DNA from: Candidatus Electrothrix yaqonensis
Lineage (GTDB): Bacteria > Desulfobacterota > Desulfobulbia > Desulfobulbales > Desulfobulbaceae
DNA: 32,000 bases
Reading direction: 5' to 3'
Assembly: GCA_047651235.1 (NCBI GenBank)
Contig: CP178758.1
Span: forward strand, 60,001 to 92,000
In this document: piece after piece, positions 17,921-25,292 of the stretch
Position numbering within the stretch: the stretch's first letter is position 1
Layout: every line of letters begins with the position of its first letter
Program-made: the position numbers and the translations under genes
The notes under the pieces: generated by a model
The model's database searches: none
What the model was told of the DNA's origin: nothing
What the model saw: the letters and a program-made list of their open reading frames with translations, nothing else

Positions 17921-17959
17921 AAAGAAGGTCAGTAGCTTATGCCTGCGGCCTTCTTTTTT
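17921..17959 (+). terminator. probable intrinsic terminator after the beta-propeller gene
   Basis: The stem aaagaagg (17921-17928) pairs with ccttcttt (17949-17956). The long loop contains an inner cag/ctg pairing, and the stem runs into the T-run 17954-17959 (T6). Confidence 0.5.
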
Positions 17960-17999
17960 CAAATCAAAACCTGTTTTGCCCTGTAAACCAACTTACCTG

Positions 18000-19612
18000 G
18001 TTACTTCTACTTTGGCACTCACAAAGGCTGTGGTAATAATTTGCAATTCCGTTGTTTCTCATATGCGAAATCAATCGAAGCTTGCCTCTTTTCATGCCGT
18101 TGACAAAGCTGTCTTATAACTTCATCTTCGTTTACATCTCGACGTGGAAGAATTGACTTGAGTAATGTTGTTATATCAGCGCAACTCAATAACGGGACAC
18201 CGACTTGATGGTATAATCGTTGCTCGACCATAAACAACATGGCCATCATGACCATAGTCATATGATGATGCCAAGCCAGCCATCCCCGAGCCTGATAATC
18301 ACCCATTCCACATTCATTTTTTGCATCCTGAAATGGCCGTTCAACCCAATATCGTTGAGCTTGCATATATGCAAGTCGTCTTGTTGACGTGTTACTTTCC
18401 GCATTACTTAGGCTATATTTAATTTTTTTCGGGGACTTAACCTCACGTCTGACAACTAAATGCCATTTTCTTGCTTCAGCCTCTTTACCGTCCCATAGCC
18501 ACTTCCCTATGCAGAATATCCACAATGAGTTTGCCTTTGGTCGTATTTCGAACTTTCACCCGTTTCCATGCATTATTAAGTTGTTGCATCACCCATTTAT
18601 CAACACGTATGCCTTCTTTTTGTGCTTCGAGCTTGCTCGGGCGTTTCCCTTTGTTCGATTTTGCTTTTGGAACGACAGGGTTGGGATCTTCAATATAAAT
18701 TATAAATTATCTGGTCTTTATGAACATCTGCCATGAACTTTTCATCGTTATCATCAAGTTTCCGAAGAAATTGAGAATTCTTCCCGTAAAAACCATCACA
18801 ACCCACCCAGTTAAAACGAACGCCATTCTTTCGCGCATGGAAGACCATGTCAAGAGCCTGTTCATGCTTTGTTTTGAAAACAATTTTGTCGGCGGGAATC
18901 TTAGCCTTAAGACAACGTTCCTTGTCATCCGTCCAGCTTTTCGGTAAATACAACCGAAAATCAATCGGCGTTGAAAAGCGACCATATCCCAAAGTTGCAA
19001 ACACTACTACTTGACAGTTGTCGGTTTTACCAAGCTGCCCGCACCATTGACGAGAAACCCCAACAGACATTTTACCCTTTTTGGGTATCCCGGATTCATC
19101 AATTAAAAGAGCACTGTTTTTCCTCCCTCCTAAAAGTTTATCTGCATCTTTAGCTACTTGGTTGTTTACAGGACGCCAATCCCAGTTCGATTCGGAAAGA
19201 AAATACTGGAGGGGCTCATATTTAACGCCCGGAACCTTTTCCTCCATACGTTCCATGTTTTTTTGTCAGACTGGAATAAACCTTTCAAGTATTGGAATGC
19301 TTTATCTGACAAACTTACTGTATGTCTCTTAAAAAAGAGATGATATCTTTCATGAAATGACGCAAGTTGTGGGGCGATGCCGGTCAACTCAAAGAATTTG
19401 TCATGGGGACTTCTTTTTTCGGGGCTGGGAGCGTTCATAAAAAGAATAAAGTTATAATCAGGGCGATTGACGGGTATTTTTTTGATAGCTGTTATCAGGT
19501 GCTAGCTTGATCAAAAAGCGATAAAATCTTCCTAATGAAAGATACAACTTTATCCGGATATTGCAAGAAGTTTTTACAAATAGATCAAAAGGTTATGGTT
19601 GACAAAGTAGAA
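18000..19612 (-). mobile_element. IS701-family-like insertion sequence, copy 2 (full length, 1613 bp, transposase decayed)
   Basis: It has the same termini as copy 1 (GTTACTTCTACTTTGGCAC at 18000; GTTGACAAAGTAGAA ending at 19612). It carries the whole transposase region, split over four reading frames. Confidence 0.85.
18019..19438 (-). pseudogene. IS701-like DDE transposase disrupted by at least three frame changes
   Basis: Four segments were identified. They are 19438-19166, 19256-18690, an unlisted frame of about 18700-18497 (IYIEDPNPVVPKAKSNKGKRPSKLEAQKEGIRVDKWVMQQLNNAWKRVKVRNTTKGKLIVDILHREV) and 18525-18019. Together they make about one IS701-type transposase. The breaks are at T7 19258-19264, at the 7-bp tandem duplication 18694-18707, and near 18500-18560. 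Confidence 0.8.
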
Positions 19613-19797
19613 CTGTTGTTCAAAGCGAGTAAAAATAAAGGTTCAGAGCGGGTAATGATGTTTGCATATCGTGTTGGTAATAATTATTATTTAACTATTA
19701 AATTCTTTTAAAGATCTAAATATAAAGTATAATAGCATATGAAATGAATTCTATTTTCAAATATAGGCAGGAGATGAGCAGTCTATTTCTATCGAAC

Positions 19798-19902
19798 TTA
19801 GGAATGAGGATTTAATAACTGGTACGTTTGCCTGATCGAGATGCACATGATGACTGGCATCGCTTCCACGAAATGCGGCAGTTATTTAATTCCCGTTCCT
19901 TA
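19798..19902. mobile_element. roughly 105-bp MITE-like element with ISAzo13-like terminal inverted repeats
   Basis: The left end is TTAGGAATGAGGATTTAATAAC (19798-19819). The right end is GTTATTTAATTCCCGTTCCTTA (19881-19902). About 17 of 22 positions are complementary. The right end matches the terminus of the IS remnant at 23363-23384 almost perfectly. Confidence 0.6.
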
Positions 19903-20170
19903 GTTTTTCTCTTCTTGTTCTGATTTGACGAAAACGTTCCGTTTTCTGAATTGAAAGGGTCTGGAACGGTATTAAGAATCGCCTTATATTGAAAGCAGTA
20001 TAAGGGAACAACTTAAAACAACCTAAGTTTATTGAAATAATTAACATTCATGCAGGATAATTTTTGATTTAAAAGGAGGAACGGAATTATGAAAGAATAT
20101 TGAAATAGTTGTCTGCACAGCTCCTTGTTTCAAGGAGTACTATTCATTATGAAGAAAAGGAGGACAGTAA

Positions 20171-23100
20171 ATGAAGAAAGCACATAAGTACAGAAACTTC
20201 GCCTTGATTGCTGCATTGACTTCCGGTTTTGTTTTTCAAAGCGGATTTCAGTCAGCAAGCGCAGGTGGTTCCTGGTTTTCCAAAGCCCGACAGGAACAAC
20301 AACTGCAACCGAAAAGTCCTATGGCAAGGACAGCCGGTTCAGTTCCGATGACCAGCGGTGACATTGGTACCACTGTCTTTGATATGGTTATTTCGTTATA
20401 TAATAATCCGACAATACCTGGTGAGCAGCAACCCTATGAGAAAATTATCCGTTTCTGGGCCGATGCAGTTTACGAACAGTCCAACGGTGCTTTTAAACTC
20501 GGCAAGATACGGATCTTCAGGAATGGCCTCTACGGTTCCCTGGCCGATGTCGTTTGGAATAACAGTGAATGGCCGAGAGCATACCCGTCAGGATTCGGTG
20601 TCATGCAGCTGCCTATTATTTTTGGCGATATTTTCCCTGACGGCTGCGGATCAGGTTGCGATTATGACTTTCTCGAATCTGCAACTCACCAAAGGGGTGG
20701 AGGTTACACCCTGGCGCATGAATTCGGACATTATGTGCTTGGTCTCTATGATGAATATCGGGGCAGTGCCGGGACCAGCCCGTGGATAAGTACACCTCTG
20801 GCGGGAGATACTCCTGTTGTCCCCTCAATCATGCATAACCAATGGAATGCGTTGGGAGGGGATTTTACTTGGCTTAATCATTCTACTTCCAACAACTATC
20901 AAGCTGATACTGCGCAAGGAAGATGCTATGGGGCGGGCAGCTGGGAGGTTATGACCCGGCCGATAGCAGACGATCCCAAGGTCGGTCAACAGGCTACCTT
21001 GGCTCAGCGGGTGCATTATACAGGTCTTGACGGTAATGAACCTACTGCCGCCGACAGCTGGATGCGTCTGGAACTTCCGGGCCAGCAAAGTAATGCCCGC
21101 AACCAGCTTGATATTATCTGGATGCAGGACGATATTGAGATGCAGATCGTGTTTGATCGTTCGGGCAGTATGCTTGGTGATCCCCTGAATAATGCAAAGC
21201 AGGCAGCTCTGACGCTGGCGGATGAAGCCAAAAACAGCAATACCTCCTTGGGGCTTGTATCGTTCAGTAACACACCTGTACAGGATGAGCCTGTCGGCAC
21301 GCCAACAGAGGAAATCAAGCTGGCAATCGATGCGTTGGAGGCAGGAGGCTGTACCGCGATGTTCGATGCAGCCAAGTTGTCTCTGGATAATCTTTCTGCA
21401 GCAGATAACGCAAAACTCGTTTTCCTGCTGAGCGACGGAGAAGATAATGTCTCGGATATTCCGGCAGGTTGCGAGGATGAATGTCAAGATCGTCTGTTCT
21501 GTTCAGCGGCCCCTGTCCAGGATGCCTGTCAGGAATGTTTGAGGAATAAAGTAATAGGGGCGTATCACGGTACAGATATCCCCCTCAATACCTTTGCCTA
21601 TGGTCAATTTGCACCGGATGGTACCCTGCGTCAGCTGGCTGAGGCTACAGGAGGTATTTTCCGTACTACACCGACTGAGCTGGCGGAGCTGCAGAGCGCA
21701 TTTCTGGCTGCAAAAGCAGCACAGACCGCCTCTGTTGCAGTTCTTCAGAAAAAAGCCGCAACCCCGGCAGGCAGTTCAATCGAATTCCCATTTGCTGTGG
21801 ACGGCACAATGAAAAAGTTTGCTGTTTTTGCAAACTACAAAGGGACAGACGATGCTGTCAACTTTACGCTTAACGGACCGGACGGTCCGGCAGCAGACTT
21901 TGCCTGTACAGCGGTCTCTGATGCTGTAAGCTGCACCAGCATGATCGCTGAATCAGACATACAGCTCGGTGCGTGGAGTCTCATTGCTGAAAACAACACC
22001 TCCGAATCCATTGACGTAGGTGTCGATATCCTTGCGGATCCCAAATCTGAACGAACCTATGATCTGGTCGTCTCATCTTTGAACGGTACAGAAGTAACCT
22101 ACCCGAATCCTATCCTGCTGACAGCCGTTCCCGGCAAAGGCCTGCCCATCACAGGAGTGAGCATCTCTGCTACGGTTACAGATCCTGACGGCATTGTAAC
22201 ACCTGTTACCCTGAAAGATACCGGAGAGAATGGAGACGGAATCGCCGGGGACGGTGTCTATTCTGCCATCTTGGATTACACGCGGGACGGCAATTATCTT
22301 GTCAGACTTACTGTAGACAACCATGAACAGAAAGCCGAATTTACCGTCAAGGGTTATGCACCTTCGGCTGCTGAAGATGGAAGTATGCCTACGCCGGAGT
22401 ATCCTCCAATCACGGAAAATTTTACCCGCACAGCAAGTGCACAGGTAGTTGTTTCCGGTTTTGCGGACGATGATCATCCTGATACAGCACCGGGAACGGA
22501 TGTTACACCGGACAACAGCGATATGCCGGGCCGGATAGATACCGCAGGAGACCTTGATGTCTTCACGGTCGCAACAACAGACTATGATTATCTGGTCTTT
22601 CGGGTGACTGATCTGGCATTAGGCATGGAAACCCGGCTCAGAATATTGGCAGAGGACGGGACAACAGAAATTGCAGGCGCGACTATGGAACAAATGTCAA
22701 GCGATGCAGAATACGTGGCATTAACGGTTCCGGTAGACGGAAATGCAGAACTCCATGCTGAGGTCAGTCATGCCAGTGGCGGTACCGGCACATATCACTT
22801 CAGTGCAGGTTCCCGAATCTTCAGGGAGCCGACAATCGGGGTGAATGCCGAGATAACCGGCATGATCATTGATAAACCCCAGGAAGATCATAGAGACGTT
22901 GCCTCGTTTGAAATAAAAGGTGCGACCGGTATCAAAGCGGCTACAACATATGCCGCTGCTGGCGAGATCCCCTTGAAGTTCCAGTTCGGCGGTGATGACG
23001 GGCCGATATACAGCTTCACGGGAGCCGACTTTGATGCTGCAGGTAACCGCTTGGTCTATAGCGATGCTGACGGCAATATGGTACGGTGTATCTTCAACAA

Positions 23101-23281
23101 GGAGATATGTACCATCAAAATCCGATATGTTGATTTTGACGGGGAAGCCCTGGATAATCTCCTCTCCGGAAACATGACGGTGAGCCTTGAAATCGGTGAT
23201 ACGAACTACACCAACACCGGTATCTGGGAGCAGATTGACAGCGGCAGCGGTACCTGGACCAAGTACAGGAAGGACAACTGA
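20171..23281 (+). CDS. secreted CLCA-like zinc metalloprotease-VWA domain protein with a C-terminal pre-peptidase (PPC)-like domain
   Basis: It has a signal peptide and AAGGAGGA upstream. The motif HEFGHYVLGLYDEY matches the CLCA N-terminal HExxH...DEY signature. The VWA MIDAS residues are DRSGSM, TAMFDA and LLSDGEDN. Downstream are Ig-like repeats and the PPC-like GRIDTAGDLDVFTV. Confidence 0.8.
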   Translation: MKKAHKYRNFALIAALTSGFVFQSGFQSASAGGSWFSKARQEQQLQPKSPMARTAGSVPMTSGDIGTTVFDMVISLYNNPTIPGEQQPYEKIIRFWADAVYEQSNGAFKLGKIRIFRNGLYGSLADVVWNNSEWPRAYPSGFGVMQLPIIFGDIFPDGCGSGCDYDFLESATHQRGGGYTLAHEFGHYVLGLYDEYRGSAGTSPWISTPLAGDTPVVPSIMHNQWNALGGDFTWLNHSTSNNYQADTAQGRCYGAGSWEVMTRPIADDPKVGQQATLAQRVHYTGLDGNEPTAADSWMRLELPGQQSNARNQLDIIWMQDDIEMQIVFDRSGSMLGDPLNNAKQAALTLADEAKNSNTSLGLVSFSNTPVQDEPVGTPTEEIKLAIDALEAGGCTAMFDAAKLSLDNLSAADNAKLVFLLSDGEDNVSDIPAGCEDECQDRLFCSAAPVQDACQECLRNKVIGAYHGTDIPLNTFAYGQFAPDGTLRQLAEATGGIFRTTPTELAELQSAFLAAKAAQTASVAVLQKKAATPAGSSIEFPFAVDGTMKKFAVFANYKGTDDAVNFTLNGPDGPAADFACTAVSDAVSCTSMIAESDIQLGAWSLIAENNTSESIDVGVDILADPKSERTYDLVVSSLNGTEVTYPNPILLTAVPGKGLPITGVSISATVTDPDGIVTPVTLKDTGENGDGIAGDGVYSAILDYTRDGNYLVRLTVDNHEQKAEFTVKGYAPSAAEDGSMPTPEYPPITENFTRTASAQVVVSGFADDDHPDTAPGTDVTPDNSDMPGRIDTAGDLDVFTVATTDYDYLVFRVTDLALGMETRLRILAEDGTTEIAGATMEQMSSDAEYVALTVPVDGNAELHAEVSHASGGTGTYHFSAGSRIFREPTIGVNAEITGMIIDKPQEDHRDVASFEIKGATGIKAATTYAAAGEIPLKFQFGGDDGPIYSFTGADFDAAGNRLVYSDADGNMVRCIFNKEICTIKIRYVDFDGEALDNLLSGNMTVSLEIGDTNYTNTGIWEQIDSGSGTWTKYRKDN

Positions 23282-23315
23282 TCCTCCCTGAATGGTAAAG
23301 AGGAAGTTCCGTAAC

Positions 23316-23346
23316 AGCCCCGCATGATGCGGGGCTTGGTGGTTTT
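23316..23346 (+). terminator. probable intrinsic terminator after the CLCA-like gene
   Basis: A 9-bp stem agccccgca (23316-23324) pairs with tgcggggct (23328-23336), with loop tga, followed by tggtggtttt. Confidence 0.55.
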
Positions 23347-23362
23347 ACACATTAAATGCGAA

Positions 23363-23983
23363 TTAGGAACGGGAATTAAATAACTACGGGAATCAAAGCC
23401 GTCCTGACGGAACAGCGGCATAATTCCACTTCGGCAGAAACTCGTCGAATTGAATTTTCATATTTTCTTTAAAACCGTCAGCCGTTTTGCGGCCTGTCTC
23501 GAAGAGGAATTCAGATTTTCCATGTGTCGTCCACCAGTTCCGAATACAGGCGCACCCGAACTCGGAGGTGTCACCGTTTGTCCCTAATCCCGCCGTGTGA
23601 TTTTTCAGCACCGCGAAAAATGCGTCGTCAAGGCCGACGGCGGTCGAGAGGACGGATTTACGTCCCCCGCCCGGTTTGCGGATTCGTTCTTCTTTTTCAG
23701 GCAGAGGCTGTTTCAGCTCATTCATCCCGCGACGGACCCGGTCAGAATCACACCGCAACACGTCGCATATATACGTTATGCCGCCGTATCCGAACTTTTC
23801 CGCTTCAACTGCGGCGTATCGACGACGGTCTTTTTCAGACAGGCTGCCGTAAAAATTACGCATTCGCGTTTCTATCTCAGGAGAATATGTCTTTATCTTC
23901 ATAACCGGATGAGAATAAACGCAACTATGAAATTGTCAATGACCTGTCAGCAAGTTCCGTTGTTATTAAATTTTCATTCCTTA
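23363..23983 (-). mobile_element. ISAzo13-family-like IS remnant (internally deleted)
   Basis: The imperfect terminal inverted repeats are TTAGGAACGGGAATTAAATAAC (23363-23384) and GTTATTAAATTTTCATTCCTTA (23962-23983). They enclose a 169-aa chimeric transposase remnant. Confidence 0.7.
23393..23902 (-). pseudogene. ISAzo13-like transposase with large internal deletions
   Basis: The N-terminus (LSEKDRRRYAAVEAEKFGYGGITYI...RIRKPGGGRKS) is joined directly to a mid-protein piece (GDTSEFGCACIRNWW) and to the extreme C-terminus (FDEFLPKWNYAAVP). That is about 170 aa of an expected 400+ aa. Confidence 0.7.
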
Positions 23984-24393
23984 CTGAGCCCGGCTGCCCG
24001 ATACGCCGGGCCTGCGGCTGAATTTTCTGTATGACGGACAGGGTCAAAGTACTTATCGTTGATGATAAGCCGAATAATCTTGTTGCCATCGGCATAATGT
24101 ACCAAATCGGCGTCTTTACGGTCGGTTCTTTATAGTTACGCTGTTCCGGGGGAAAATGATTTGACAGCAGGGTGACTCATGATTAAAATGTTCCATTTTC
24201 ATAAAATGACCGGATTTCACCCTCCTGCTTTGCTCTGTCCGATTTTTTGGACTTGCGTTTCGTGTAGCGCATAAATATACATGGATACCGGAAAGATAAG
24301 CCAGCAGGAAAAAGGGTTGCCGGCAGACAGCGGCAGGCCGGTGCAACAGATTTCAACGAGATAACCCAGGAACAAGAAAAGAGGAACTATACC

Positions 24394-24531
24394 ATGAGCA
24401 AAAGAACTTTTCAGCCCAGTAACCTCAAGCGGAAACGGACGCATGGATTTCGGGAGCGCATGCAGACCCGCGCCGGGCAGGCAGTAATTAAACGGCGGCG
24501 TGCCAAAGGACGGAAGCGCCTTTCCGCCTGA
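24394..24531 (+). CDS. rpmH: 50S ribosomal protein L34
   Basis: My own translation is [45 protein letters not shown] (45 aa), the canonical L34 sequence. AAGAGGA lies upstream. It sits directly before rnpA. It is missing from the ORF track because it is short. Confidence 0.95.
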   Translation: MSKRTFQPSNLKRKRTHGFRERMQTRAGQAVIKRRRAKGRKRLSA

Positions 24532-24536
24532 TCCCG

Positions 24537-24893
24537 ATGAAGCGGTTCGGACTGCCGGACTCCTGCTGTCTCAGAAAAACTGCAGAGTTCAACAGGGTGT
24601 ACCGGCGGGGCATCCGGCTGTACGGCAATGGTTTTCTGCTGGTATATCTGCATGGCGACCAGCTGGCCAGCCGTCTGGGGGTCAGTGTGCCGCGCAGAGT
24701 CGGCACGGCGGTCCGGCGCAACAGGATCAAGCGTCTTGTCCGCGAGGTTTTCCGGCTGCACAGGGAAATTTTCCCCCGGTCCAGTGATATTGTCTTTGCA
24801 GTGCGTCCGGGGTTCTCTTTCCCGAATATACACACTGTCCGGGATGCTGTTGCCGGGTTGACCGGAAAAACCGGAAAACTGGAGCAGGGCTGA
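24537..24893 (+). CDS. rnpA: ribonuclease P protein component
   Basis: It starts 6 nt after rpmH. The basic RNR-type motif is [15 protein letters not shown]. The size (118 aa) and synteny fit. Confidence 0.9.
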   Translation: MKRFGLPDSCCLRKTAEFNRVYRRGIRLYGNGFLLVYLHGDQLASRLGVSVPRRVGTAVRRNRIKRLVREVFRLHREIFPRSSDIVFAVRPGFSFPNIHTVRDAVAGLTGKTGKLEQG

Positions 24894-25210
24894 TGTGCTG
24901 TCCGGATGATCCGCAGAACGGACTGCACGGAACTCGCGGGAACTCTCCGGTAGCGTCCGCAAAGAACGCATCTGAACGGTCTGAACAGAGGCCCGGCGGA
25001 GTCGCGGGCTTTTTTCTGCTGCTGATCAAAGGATATCAATACTGTATTTCGCCGTTGTTTCCTCCCTGTTGCCGCTATGTACCGACCTGTTCGGAATATG
25101 CAGCTGAAGCGGTTGCGCGGTACGGAGCGGTACGGGGCATCCGGCTTGCAGTCTGCCGGATACTGCGCTGCCATCCCTTTGCCGCTGGCGGATATGATCC
25201 TGTAAAATAA
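24893..25210 (+). CDS. yidD: membrane protein insertion efficiency factor YidD
   Basis: The conserved core is [35 protein letters not shown]...[13 protein letters not shown]. Its start overlaps the rnpA stop (TGATG). The true start could be further downstream, because the first roughly 35 aa are not conserved-looking. Confidence 0.85.
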   Translation: MCCPDDPQNGLHGTRGNSPVASAKNASERSEQRPGGVAGFFLLLIKGYQYCISPLFPPCCRYVPTCSEYAAEAVARYGAVRGIRLAVCRILRCHPFAAGGYDPVK

Positions 25211-25292
25211 GATAATTTTCACTTTTCCGCTCCGCTCTCAGAGAGGTCTCCGGTTCAGGGGGGCCGCTAACCTCAAGGAAAAAGTAAGTTTC

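Noticed and set aside
20089-20170. Mini-ORFs upstream of the CLCA-like gene: MKEY* at about 20089, and MKKRRTVNEEST* overlapping the start
   Set aside because: They are very short, sit in AT-rich DNA where ATG and stop codons are frequent, and have no supporting conservation. The strong AAGGAGGA RBS belongs to the ATG at 20171.
24253-24281. A possible sigma-70 promoter for rpmH (TTGCGT, 17 nt, TATACA), and TTGACA at 29474 with TAATAT 19 nt downstream
   Set aside because: The matches to consensus are weak or the spacing is non-optimal, so they cannot be supported from sequence alone. They are mentioned only as context.
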